Position numbers and translations under genes: made by a program. A stretch of DNA of 24,000 bases from Olsenella sp. Lineage in GTDB: Bacteria > Actinomycetota > Coriobacteriia > Coriobacteriales > Atopobiaceae. A model generated the notes under the pieces. The model did not search any database and was not told where the DNA came from. It was given only the letters and a program-made list of their open reading frames with translations. Shown here piece by piece: positions 1 through 8,115 of this stretch. The DNA lies in NCBI GenBank assembly GCA_022648325.1, contig JALCMG010000002.1, positions 220,449 to 244,448 of the forward strand, written 5' to 3'. How positions within the stretch are numbered: position 1 is the stretch's first letter; each line of letters opens with the position of its first letter.

Positions 1-876
1 GAGATTCCCGCGCATACCGTTCGCGAGGAGCCCGTCGTGGTGGCAATCGACACCGACAGGGGCGAGGTTGCCGACACCGGCGTCATGGTGCGTGCCGGCG
101 CGAAGGTCTCCATCGTCGTGGCCGCAGGCGGCACCAACGCCGGGGCAACCACCTCGGCCTCGCTCCTGCGCGTTGTTGCCGAGGAGGGCGCCGAGGTCAC
201 GATCACCGAGGTCGTGGGCGTTGGCTCCTCTCAGCAGCACCTCGAGAGCGTGGGCGTGGACGCAGACGACGACACCCGCATCGAGGTTCGCCAGTACGCG
301 CTTGGCGGCGGCACAGTGGCCTTTGGCACAGCGGTCTCGCTCTCCGGGGATCGTGCCCGCACCAACATCGCCCTGCGCTACTTTGCAGACGGCAAGGACC
401 GCCTGGACGTGAACCACGTGGTGCGCCAGCGCGGCAAGAACACTATCGCCCACGTGCGCGAGAACGGCATCCTGGACGACGCCGCCGAGAAGGCCCTGCG
501 TGCCACCATCGACCTGGTCCACGGCGCCCGCAGGTCCAAGGGCGACGAGGCCGAGAGCGTCCTCGTCTTTGGCGACGACGTGGTCAACAAGACCGTCCCC
601 GTGATCCTCTGCGACGAGGACGACGTCCAGGGCAACCACGGCGCCACCATCGGCACCGTTGGCCCCGATCAGATGGACTACCTCGCCGACCGCGGACTCT
701 CCCGCAAGGACGCCGAGGCCCTCTTCGTGCGCGCCCTCTTCGAGGACGCCATCATCAACGCGCCCGAGGCGCACGCGCACGACGTCGCCGTACGCCAGGC
801 CGAGCGCGTGCTTGGCGCCGAGGTGGCACACGACTTCGACGCGAGCGTCCAGCTCGCCGCAGACGAGGAGGCGTGA
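1..876 (+). CDS. sufD: Fe-S cluster assembly protein SufD (SufB/SufD family), 5' end outside window
   Basis: Frame 1 is open from base 1; the listed ORF 37..876 only marks the first in-window start codon. The C-terminal segment PVILCDEDDVQGNHGATIGTVGPDQMDYLADRGLSRKDAEALFVRALF is the conserved SufB/SufD C-terminal region. The gene lies directly upstream of sufS-sufU and shows strong GC3 bias. Confidence 0.8.
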   Translation, partial: EIPAHTVREEPVVVAIDTDRGEVADTGVMVRAGAKVSIVVAAGGTNAGATTSASLLRVVAEEGAEVTITEVVGVGSSQQHLESVGVDADDDTRIEVRQYALGGGTVAFGTAVSLSGDRARTNIALRYFADGKDRLDVNHVVRQRGKNTIAHVRENGILDDAAEKALRATIDLVHGARRSKGDEAESVLVFGDDVVNKTVPVILCDEDDVQGNHGATIGTVGPDQMDYLADRGLSRKDAEALFVRALFEDAIINAPEAHAHDVAVRQAERVLGAEVAHDFDASVQLAADEEA

Positions 877-884
877 GGTCGCCC

Positions 885-2156
885 ATGCTGACAAACGACG
901 AGCTCGCATCCATCGAGCAGAACCCCTACAAGGCCGACTACCCACTTCTCTCTGCCAACCCCGGCCTCGCCTTCCTCGACAGCGCCGCAACGGCACAGCG
1001 CCCCGCGGTGGTTCTCGACGCGCAGCGCCGCTTCTACGAGACCATGAACGCCAACCCGCTGCGCGGCCTCTATCGCCTCTCGGTCGAGGCCACCGAGGCC
1101 ATCGCGCAGACGCGCGACAAGGTCGCGGCCTTCCTGGGTGCCGTGGACGAGGGTGGCAAGCCCTGCGGCAACCAGGTCGTGTTCACGAGAAACGCCAGCG
1201 AGTCCCTCAACCTCGTGGCCCACACGCTGGGTCGCTCTGTGCTCAAGCCCGGCGACGAGGTGGTCATCTCCATCATGGAGCACCACTCCAACCTCATCCC
1301 GTGGCAGCAGATCTGCCGCGAGACCGGCGCGAATCTCGTCTACCTACGCATGGACGAGAACTTCCGCATCACGCCCGAGGAGGTTGCCGCAAAGGTTGGC
1401 CCGCACGCCAAGATCGTCTCGGTGACGCAGGTCTCCAACGTCCTGGGCGTTGAGAACGACATCCCCATGATCGCCAAGCGCGCGCACGAGATGGGCGCCT
1501 ACGTGGTGGTCGACGGTGCGCAGTCCGTGCCGCACGTGCGCGTGAACGTGCGCGAGCTTGGCTGCGACCTTCTCGCCTTCTCGGCGCACAAGATGGGCGG
1601 CCCCATGGGGATTGGTGTCCTCTGGGGCAAGCCCGAGGTGCTCGACGCCATGCCGCCCTTCCTCACCGGCGGCGAGATGATCGACTCCGTGACCGAGACC
1701 GATGCCGTCTGGGCGCCTGTGCCGCAGAAGTTCGAGGCCGGCACGCAGGACGCCGCTGGTGCGTACGCGTTTGGCGCCTGCCTGGACTACCTCAACGAGA
1801 AAGGCTTCGACGCCCTTGAGGCCCGCGAGCGCCTTCTCGCCCGCTACCTCACGGACTCGCTGGCCTCCCTTCCCTACGTGGACGTGATCGGTTCCGCCGA
1901 GGGCGAGCGCCACGTGGGATCTGTGGCCTTCAACGTGCGCGGCATCCACCCGCACGACGTGGCGTCGATCCTCGACATGGGCAACGTGTGCATCCGCGCC
2001 GGACACCACTGCGCGCAGCCGCTTCTCGCCTACCTGGGCGTGGAGAACGGCGCCACGTGCCGTGCGAGCATCGCCTTCTATAACGACAAGTCCGACGTCG
2101 ACGCCCTTGTTGACGGCCTGGGGAAGGTCTGGGAGGTCTTCCATGGACGTGACTAG
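885..2156 (+). CDS. sufS: Cysteine desulfurase SufS (class V aminotransferase)
   Basis: Motifs HHSNLIPWQ, SAHKMGGPMGIGVLWG (PLP lysine) and RAGHHCAQPL (catalytic Cys loop). The ORF-track start at 873 is a GTG overlapping the sufD TGA. The ATG at 885, with GAGG 6 nt upstream, is preferred, but the exact start is uncertain. Confidence 0.9.
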   Translation: MLTNDELASIEQNPYKADYPLLSANPGLAFLDSAATAQRPAVVLDAQRRFYETMNANPLRGLYRLSVEATEAIAQTRDKVAAFLGAVDEGGKPCGNQVVFTRNASESLNLVAHTLGRSVLKPGDEVVISIMEHHSNLIPWQQICRETGANLVYLRMDENFRITPEEVAAKVGPHAKIVSVTQVSNVLGVENDIPMIAKRAHEMGAYVVVDGAQSVPHVRVNVRELGCDLLAFSAHKMGGPMGIGVLWGKPEVLDAMPPFLTGGEMIDSVTETDAVWAPVPQKFEAGTQDAAGAYAFGACLDYLNEKGFDALEARERLLARYLTDSLASLPYVDVIGSAEGERHVGSVAFNVRGIHPHDVASILDMGNVCIRAGHHCAQPLLAYLGVENGATCRASIAFYNDKSDVDALVDGLGKVWEVFHGRD

Positions 2157-2637
2157 CCTCTACAACGCCGAGTTCATGGACCACGTGGCCCATCCCGACT
2201 ACAAGTACCAGATGGAGGATCCCACCTGCACGCGCGAGGGCGTGAACCCCTCCTGCGGCGACGAGCTGAAGTTTTCCGTGCGCCTGGCGGACGACGGCAC
2301 CATCGACGAGGCCGCGTTCACCGGGCACGGCTGTGCCATCTCGCAGGCGTCCGCAGACATCATGAGCGACCTCATGGTGGGCAGGACGCCCGAGGAGGCC
2401 ATCAAGCTGTGCGACCTCTTCGAGCGCATGGTGCGCGGCGAGGTCACCGACGAGGCCGAGCTCGAACCCCTCGAGGATGCCGAGATACTCAAGGACATCT
2501 CACACATGCCGGCGCGCGTGAAGTGCGCCGAGCTCGCGTGGCGCACGCTCAAGGAGATGCTCGAGGCGCGCGAGGGTGCACAGGCAGGGGCCGCATCGGC
2601 GGCCGACGCAGCGGACAAGGCCGAGAAGGGAGCCTAG
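2143..2637 (+). CDS. sufU: SufU/IscU-type Fe-S cluster scaffold / sulfur acceptor
   Basis: The ATG at 2143 overlaps the sufS stop by 14 nt, suggesting translational coupling. The product MDVTSLYNAEFMDHVAHP..NPSCGDEL..GHGCAISQASADIM..VKCAELAW carries the three conserved Cys of the SufU/NifU-N family. The part of ORF 2062..2637 upstream of 2143 is sufS read in another frame. Confidence 0.85.
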   Translation: MDVTSLYNAEFMDHVAHPDYKYQMEDPTCTREGVNPSCGDELKFSVRLADDGTIDEAAFTGHGCAISQASADIMSDLMVGRTPEEAIKLCDLFERMVRGEVTDEAELEPLEDAEILKDISHMPARVKCAELAWRTLKEMLEAREGAQAGAASAADAADKAEKGA

Positions 2638-2639
2638 CC

Positions 2640-3095
2640 ATGGCCGGGATGTTCTCAACAAAGGGCATGTACGCCCTGCGCGCGATGGCCGACCTCGCAT
2701 CCCACGACGGGTGGGTGTCGCTTGGCGACGTCTCGAAGCGTCAGAACATCTCGCGCAAGTACCTTGAGCAGGTCATCTCCCTCATGCACAAGGCGGGCTA
2801 CGTGGAGAGCCAGCGCGGCAAGGGCGGTGGCTACCGCCTTACGCGCAAGCCGGAGGAGTACACCCTGGGCGAGCTCCTGCGTGCGGCCGAGGGGTCGCTC
2901 GCGCCGGTGGCCTGTCTGCAGTGCACCAACGACACGTTCTGCTCGCAGATGGAGACATGCACCACCGTGGGCGTGTGGCGCGACCTTGGCCGCGTGACCT
3001 CGGCGTACCTTGACAGCAAGACGCTGGCCGACCTTCTCCGTCCGGGCGGAGCAAACAAGGCTGGCCCTAACCCCGAGGACAAGCCGAGCATGTAG
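2640..3095 (+). CDS. Rrf2 family transcriptional regulator with C-terminal Cys cluster (IscR/CymR-like)
   Basis: ATG at 2640 with AAGGGAG 7 nt upstream. MYALRAMADLA...ISRKYLEQVISLMHKAGYVESQRGKGGGYRL is the Rrf2 winged-helix signature. This is followed by ACLQCTNDTFCSQMETC (C-X2-C-X5-C-X5-C). The upstream part of ORF 2409..3095 overlaps sufU and is rejected. Confidence 0.85.
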   Translation: MAGMFSTKGMYALRAMADLASHDGWVSLGDVSKRQNISRKYLEQVISLMHKAGYVESQRGKGGGYRLTRKPEEYTLGELLRAAEGSLAPVACLQCTNDTFCSQMETCTTVGVWRDLGRVTSAYLDSKTLADLLRPGGANKAGPNPEDKPSM

Positions 3096-3222
3096 GAGCG
3101 CAAGCCATGCTCAGGCCCACCCCAAAGGCCATGCCGGAGAAAGGCCGTCCCCCGTTGGGAGACTTCTGTTATCCTGTGCGCCGTTACGAGCGGCATGAAC
3201 AAATCTGACTTCTCGGCAACTT

Positions 3223-4308
3223 CTAGTCAATCGGTGCACGGTAGAAGTTTCCAAAGAAGTTCTCGGTGCGAAAAACGTTGACCACTGCGCTGCCATCGTA
3301 CAGTCGGATAAGTTGCATTACATCATCAACCTCATAGGATGACACAACAGTGTTGACGAGCCAGTAGCGCTGCTTGCTTCGTCCACCCATGACTTCCATC
3401 ACCGAAGAGCCATGCCTGTGCACCTTGTTGTAAGCGTCAAGAATCTGCTTTGGGCGTTGCGTGATAATCTGAAGAGTCACTCGATCATAGCGGTGGTAAA
3501 ACGTCTCGATTGTCTTTGTGGAGATGAACTGGAAGATGATGGAGTAGGCCGCTGGTTCCCAGCCAAACATGGCTCCGAAGATTACGAGTACCGCACAATT
3601 CCCCGCGAATATGAGCCCCCAGATTGACCTGCCCGTTTTATTGGACACCATGAGCGAGATGAAGTCCGTGCCCGCCGTGCTCGCGCCACCGCGAAGCGCC
3701 ACGGCAATGGAGAGACCATAGAGAAACCCCCCAAACACCACTTGGAGCATAAGGTTGTCCAAGATGGGTTGAAAAGTGAACAAACGCAGGAAGAGCGAAG
3801 CCAAGCAAACCTGAATCATCGAAAACACCACAAAGCGCCGAGAGATGCTCTTCCAGCTGAGCAGTGCCACAGGAATGTTCAGCACCACCATTCCGGCGAA
3901 GGTAGGAAAAGTAAACCCAGAGAGAGCAGTAATTCGGTCGATGAGGATGGCCAAGCCCGTAAAGCCACTCGACAGCAGATTAGCCGGGTTCACAAAAGCC
4001 TGTATTGCATATGATTGGATAAATGCTGAAAGTGCCACTGAGACAAGCGTCATGCACCGCCGGACGGACGTATGCCTTCGAAGGTTTCGCAAACGCTCCA
4101 TCTCCGTTTTGAGGTCAAACTTGACCTCCGGAAAGGCAACTGAGGCTGTCTGGAAACCCTGGCCGGAGGCACAGCTCTCCTCCATGGCCTTAATCTGATC
4201 CATCACTGCGGCTTGTTTTGCCAAGCGTTCCTCACGCGCCCGCAGCACGGCATCAGAACGTGAAACCTGGTGGCGTGTTGCAGCTCTTTCACGAAGCTCC
4301 TTAGACAT
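3223..4308 (-). CDS. YitT family membrane protein (DUF161 repeats + C-terminal DUF2179) with an N-terminal charged extension
   Basis: Multiple TM helices, then GGASTAGTDFISLMV and a C-terminal soluble domain (ILDAYNKVHRHGSSVMEVMGGRSKQRYWLVNTVVSSYEVDDVMQLIRLYDGSAVVNVFRTENFFG) typical of YitT/DUF2179. The start at 4308 (MSKELRE) was chosen because AAGGAG lies 6 nt upstream and it avoids overlap with the upstream gene. Later Met codons (for example at 4101) are possible. Confidence 0.8.
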   Translation of the reverse strand: MSKELRERAATRHQVSRSDAVLRAREERLAKQAAVMDQIKAMEESCASGQGFQTASVAFPEVKFDLKTEMERLRNLRRHTSVRRCMTLVSVALSAFIQSYAIQAFVNPANLLSSGFTGLAILIDRITALSGFTFPTFAGMVVLNIPVALLSWKSISRRFVVFSMIQVCLASLFLRLFTFQPILDNLMLQVVFGGFLYGLSIAVALRGGASTAGTDFISLMVSNKTGRSIWGLIFAGNCAVLVIFGAMFGWEPAAYSIIFQFISTKTIETFYHRYDRVTLQIITQRPKQILDAYNKVHRHGSSVMEVMGGRSKQRYWLVNTVVSSYEVDDVMQLIRLYDGSAVVNVFRTENFFGNFYRAPID

Positions 4309-4330
4309 GGAAAGCTCCTTGCTGACGTCC

Positions 4331-4852
4331 TTAGAAGCATGCCTCACGCCTGAGTGACGCGATATCGCTGCCACACGCCAGGCCTTGTGCTACGAGACAC
4401 ATGTTCTTGAGGGCCTGGTTGAGTCCCATGCCTCCCTTCTTTGGCGTCCTCACAATGGTCACTCTGCCACGGTAGCGCTCGATGGTCCCCTCATTTTCCT
4501 CGCTCATGGCGGCAAGGGCGTGCACCTTCCCAGCAGCCTCAAGATCTGCTGCCACGCGGGCTGCCATCTCGGCGTACTCGGCGTAGTTGAAGGCAGGGCC
4601 GCACATAACAACATCGGGGCCGATTTTGTGGCACATTGCCACAAGCTTTCGGGTTACTTCATCTGGGTCTGCCTCATACGTGCCCCACCCACAGTAGAGC
4701 GTCGCCACTACTCGACCGTCCACCTGACGAAGCGGGCCCTCCATCATGACAGCAGGTCCAACTAGCTCCTTGAGGATGCCGAGAGGCAAATCGCGGTCAT
4801 CCTTAGTTCCCAGACCAGACTGAATTTGATCGTAAAACATAACGACTTTCAT
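4331..4852 (-). CDS. Stand-alone homolog of the N-terminal domain of glycine/sarcosine/betaine reductase component B (GrdB family), 173 aa, no selenocysteine region
   Basis: By eye it aligns with the GrdB N-terminus as I recall it: KVVMFYDQIQSGLGTKDD vs VVHYINQFFAGIGGEEKAD, VVATLYCGWGTY vs VVATVICGDSYF, and PDVVMCGPAFNYAEYAEMAA vs PDIFVAGPAFNAGRYGVACG. GAAGGGGAG lies 5 nt upstream of the ATG. The gene ends with TAA and has no in-frame TGA. Confidence 0.7.
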   Translation of the reverse strand: MKVVMFYDQIQSGLGTKDDRDLPLGILKELVGPAVMMEGPLRQVDGRVVATLYCGWGTYEADPDEVTRKLVAMCHKIGPDVVMCGPAFNYAEYAEMAARVAADLEAAGKVHALAAMSEENEGTIERYRGRVTIVRTPKKGGMGLNQALKNMCLVAQGLACGSDIASLRREACF

Positions 4853-4915
4853 GATTGCTCCCCTTCTTTGCTCCTTGTGCAGCAGAGCCCAAGTTCATTT
4901 GGAGCTAACTAGCCC

Positions 4916-5614
4916 TCATATCCCGCCTCCCACATTGGAGGCTGACGCTTCCTCCGCATGCGCAACGAGCCTGACCTCAGTTCCACCAATAAAATCGTGG
5001 ACACAGCGACGGTCGTGACGGCAAAGGATAAGCGCACAGCTCACCGCTGTAAGGGCGAATCCGCCATACATAAGAGGGTGGACCAAGTTCACTTGCAGGG
5101 CGATTGTAGCCATTTGATGCCAGATGGAGCTCGCATTGGCGATAACACCAGACAGCAGAAAAACGCCGACGACCTCGCGCAGCACTAGGTGCCACAAATC
5201 CACAGGAGAGCCGTCAACCATTTCGATGCGAATCCGACAGAGACGCTTGCCGGGCGTCTGGCCCCGCCAAACCAGCATTGGAATCGCTAGGTAATAGAAA
5301 CAGGAGAAGAGCAGGGCTAAGGCGCCTGCGACCATACCCCATGGAGCTGGGAAGTCGACAAGGCGTTGGTTTGCCATGTCACCCATGATCCGCTGCGCAA
5401 TGATGCTGATGGGCAGCGCAGCACAGAGCGAGCCGAGATACCAGTCAATTAGATATGCAAGAAACCTTCGAGACACCGGGGCAGGACTACCCTCTCGCAC
5501 GTCCTGCGCCCCCGCAAACTCCGCAATCGTGATGTCAGGCCCAGGCTTGCGCTGGCCCATCGTAGAGCACTTTTCCTTCTTTCCATGCCTCTTCGAGCTC
5601 ATTGGCTTTCCCAT
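4916..5614 (-). CDS. RDD family membrane protein
   Basis: RDD-domain hallmarks: RRFLAYLIDWYLGSL near the first TM, WRGQTPGKRLCRIRI between TMs, and HDFIGGTEV near the C-terminus. The start is uncertain. Met codons at 5614, 5602 and 5560 all avoid overlap with the upstream dipeptidase gene, and none has a convincing SD. Confidence 0.7.
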   Translation of the reverse strand: MGKPMSSKRHGKKEKCSTMGQRKPGPDITIAEFAGAQDVREGSPAPVSRRFLAYLIDWYLGSLCAALPISIIAQRIMGDMANQRLVDFPAPWGMVAGALALLFSCFYYLAIPMLVWRGQTPGKRLCRIRIEMVDGSPVDLWHLVLREVVGVFLLSGVIANASSIWHQMATIALQVNLVHPLMYGGFALTAVSCALILCRHDRRCVHDFIGGTEVRLVAHAEEASASNVGGGI

Positions 5615-5640
5615 CCCACGTTTCGTCCCGCGACCAGCCC

Positions 5641-6858
5641 CTATTGAGACAGCAGGTAGAGGCTTAGTGCGTAAATCTTTGCATTCGTGATGATGTCCGC
5701 TACGTCCATCCATTCGTTTGGTTGGTGCCCAATCCCTTTTTGGCCAGGAAATGACGGCCCGAAGGGCACAACATTGGGCATGAATTTAGCGTATGTGCCC
5801 CCCGTGGTCGTTACAGGGGAGCCATCCAGTCCGGTAACCCGCTCGTAAGCGAGAACGAGCATGCGTACCAAACGGCAGTCCTTCTCAAAGCATACCGGGT
5901 CGTAGTTTCCCATCACTTGGAAGTCAAACCCCTGCCTTCTGGCCACGGCACCCAATCGCTCTTCAAGCTGATTGGCGGTAACGCCCGCAGGATAGCTGAC
6001 AGAGAACTCAACCGCAGGCACGCCTTCCTCAAAGACCAGGCGATAGTTTCTCAACTCAGTGACGCCAAACTCTGGGTCTGAGTAGTCAATGCCAAAGCGC
6101 TCGCCATTCGACTTGGCATTCAAAACGTACTCATTCATGAAAGAGAAGAGACGTTGTAGCGGCTCCCCCCCTTCTGTTTCGGCGGCACAGGCCGTCATAC
6201 GCACGCTCAGCCGTCCACGCTCAGCATAGACAACTGGATACTTGCAATCAGGCGTAAAGCCCATCTCTGGCGCGGGTTCGTGCCTCAGGTAGTACCGAAG
6301 GTCATTGAAGCCCGTCTCTTCATTACAGCCAAAGATGATTCGCACTTCTCGACGTGGGGAAAGGCCCAGTCGCTTCAGTGCCCAGAGCGCGTAGAGGCAA
6401 GAGTATATGGGCCCCTTGTTGTCAAGCACGCCTCGACCCGTGATTCTCCCAGCCGTGAGATCTGCGCTATATGGCGGCACCTTCCAACCCGAGGTGCCCT
6501 CGGGTACCACGTCCAAGTGGCCCACGGCACACACGTAGCCTGGCAACACCGGCTCACCAGTCGCGCCGGAAGTGGGCTTCCAGCTCGCATAGCCCATATA
6601 GCCATCCAAATCCGTTGTTGAAAAGCCCAGCGATCGACTGCAATCAAGTGTCTGGTCGAGAGCCGCACGCACGCCGGGTCCAAAGGGCGCACCTGGTACA
6701 GCGTCCTCCCGGACGCTCCTTTGGCGCACGATGGCACGGATGGCCTCGACCATCTCATCCGACACCTTGTCGACCTCCGCGAGGATACGCCGCTCCAAGT
6801 TGGGGTCGAGTGCATATGGCCCCTGTTGATTTGCCGCAACGTCGTCAACGGATTCCAT
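5641..6858 (-). CDS. M20 family metallo-dipeptidase (PepV/Sapep-like)
   Basis: M20 motifs GHLDVVPEGTSGWKVPPY, GRGVLDNKGPIYSCLYAL and IFGCNEETG. The C-terminal GIGHQPNEWMDV is typical of PepV-type dipeptidases. AGGAGG lies 4 nt upstream of the ATG at 6858. Confidence 0.85.
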   Translation of the reverse strand: MESVDDVAANQQGPYALDPNLERRILAEVDKVSDEMVEAIRAIVRQRSVREDAVPGAPFGPGVRAALDQTLDCSRSLGFSTTDLDGYMGYASWKPTSGATGEPVLPGYVCAVGHLDVVPEGTSGWKVPPYSADLTAGRITGRGVLDNKGPIYSCLYALWALKRLGLSPRREVRIIFGCNEETGFNDLRYYLRHEPAPEMGFTPDCKYPVVYAERGRLSVRMTACAAETEGGEPLQRLFSFMNEYVLNAKSNGERFGIDYSDPEFGVTELRNYRLVFEEGVPAVEFSVSYPAGVTANQLEERLGAVARRQGFDFQVMGNYDPVCFEKDCRLVRMLVLAYERVTGLDGSPVTTTGGTYAKFMPNVVPFGPSFPGQKGIGHQPNEWMDVADIITNAKIYALSLYLLSQ

Positions 6859-6886
6859 CGCTCCTCCTAAAACCGGGATGGCAAAG

Positions 6887-7954
6887 CTAGTCCAAGGGCA
6901 ACATACGCGAACGCATGTACTCGTCCTGCCAAGCCTGGCTCGCTATCTCATGGGTGCATGTCCCATCCTGGCGCAGATGCACAAGGTACACGCAAGAGGC
7001 ATCTTCCTCAGTCTGCACCACGAAGGAGAAGCCCTCAATATTGCTCGCCGCGCCCCAACGGCCCCGAGAGTCCATGGCCACGAAGGACATATCACCCGCA
7101 TGGCCACGACGGGCCTTGAGCTTCTCGGTAAAGATGCCTATGGCCTGCTCGCAAGCGCGCTGGGGATGCAAGCCGTTACCCATGAGTCGGACGATCTCGT
7201 AACCAACGCAACCCTTCATTACGTCCTCGCCCAAGCCTGTTGAGGCGGCGGCCCCCACGGCGGAATCCGCATAGAAGCCTGCCCCCGGAATGGGAGAATC
7301 GCCCACGCGACCGGGGCGTTTCATGAAAAGCCCGCTCGTTGAGGTGGCAACGGCCATGGAGCCCGTGGCGTCCAAGCACACCACGCCCACAGTGTCGTGG
7401 CCGCAGGGGCTAGTGCCCTCTTGGCCGATGCCCACTCGCGACGGGACGGCGTCCGATGTTGCCCCCCATACGACGCCGCGAGCCCTCTCCTCAATGGCTT
7501 CGGGCTCCCCCAGACAATGGGCATCCTGGGAGAGGCGCCCCCCTTCCTCGGCAACCCGATGAGCATAGAGCTTCTTGGCGCGATCAGTGAGCATGTTCTT
7601 GCGCTCGAAGCCCGCCCGATCGGCAAACTTCTCTGCACCCGCACCCACTAGAAAGTTGTTTGCGTCACACGTGGAAAGCGCACGAGCAACGCGTACGGGG
7701 TTGGGGAAGTCTTTGAGCGCACCCACGGAGCCGAACTCAAGAGTGTCTCCATTCATGAACGCCGCGTCGAGCTCGACCTCCATCTCCTCGTTAGGCAGGC
7801 CTCCATAACCGACTGATTTGTAGTATGGAAAGTCCTCGACCTTACGGATGGCAAGCTCAACGGCATCGCCTGCGGACCCTCCCTGTCCAAGCACGTCGCA
7901 TGCCCCTTCGATACCCTCAAGGGCCATGCACCAAGTCGCGATGATTCCCCACAT
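6887..7954 (-). CDS. Ntn-hydrolase of the asparaginase_2 family, glycosylasparaginase (aspartylglucosaminidase)-type, cytoplasmic
   Basis: GHDTVGVVCLDATGSMAVATSTSGLFMKRPGRVGDSPIPGAGFYADSAVGAAASTGLGEDVM closely parallels the human AGA segment GHDTIGMV...GRVGDSPIPGAGAYAD...GAAAATGNGD as I recall it. The N-terminal ATW...SAGDAVE...SVGYGGLPNEE...LDAAFMNG also matches. The start at 7954 (MWGIIATW) has GGAGGA 7 nt upstream. No signal peptide is present. Confidence 0.85.
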   Translation of the reverse strand: MWGIIATWCMALEGIEGACDVLGQGGSAGDAVELAIRKVEDFPYYKSVGYGGLPNEEMEVELDAAFMNGDTLEFGSVGALKDFPNPVRVARALSTCDANNFLVGAGAEKFADRAGFERKNMLTDRAKKLYAHRVAEEGGRLSQDAHCLGEPEAIEERARGVVWGATSDAVPSRVGIGQEGTSPCGHDTVGVVCLDATGSMAVATSTSGLFMKRPGRVGDSPIPGAGFYADSAVGAAASTGLGEDVMKGCVGYEIVRLMGNGLHPQRACEQAIGIFTEKLKARRGHAGDMSFVAMDSRGRWGAASNIEGFSFVVQTEEDASCVYLVHLRQDGTCTHEIASQAWQDEYMRSRMLPLD

Positions 7955-8036
7955 AAGGTATTCCTCCAGCCACTTACAACGCCTATCTCCTGCCCCAACA
8001 TTGTCTGAGATTCCCAGGAACCCATAGAGAAAAGGC

Positions 8037-8074
8037 CGCATCCCACGATGGGCCGAAGGATGCGCCCGACACTA
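8037..8074 (-). terminator. Hairpin plus U-run between EIIC and the asparaginase gene (possible partial terminator/attenuator)
   Basis: On the minus strand, CGCATCC (8074-8068) pairs with GGATGCG (8053-8047) across a 14-nt loop, followed by GGCCTTTTCTCT. It lies in the 161-nt gap, the only sizeable gap inside the gene block. The loop is large, so the call is weak. Confidence 0.3.
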
Positions 8075-8115
8075 CGATTGCGCCAACGCACGTCCGCAGA
8101 GAGGCCTATCAAGAC

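Noticed and set aside
873-884. GTG at 873 as the sufS start (as in the ORF track), plus the upstream extensions of ORFs 2062, 2409, 9945, 8041, 16623, 20053 and 21078
   Set aside because: In each case an internal ATG, GTG or TTG with a proper SD gives an N-terminus matching the protein family and removes the overlap with the preceding gene.
678-2144. Long minus-strand ORFs (678..1286, 1344..2144) opposite sufD/sufS
   Set aside because: These are typical high-GC antisense shadow ORFs. The products are Arg/Ala/Gly/His-rich with no recognisable motifs, there is no SD, and they overlap strongly supported plus-strand genes completely.
3096-3222. Terminator between the convergent Rrf2 and YitT genes
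   Set aside because: Only a weak, interrupted hairpin (GTCCCCCGTTGGGAGAC, 3+3 bp with a mismatch) is present. That is not enough to annotate.
4331-4852. Possibility that the GrdB-like gene is a selenoprotein with UGA recoding or a truncated selenoprotein B
   Set aside because: The ORF ends in TAA and contains no in-frame TGA. The next gene starts 22 nt downstream and is an unrelated YitT protein. No SECIS-like hairpin or other grd genes were seen.
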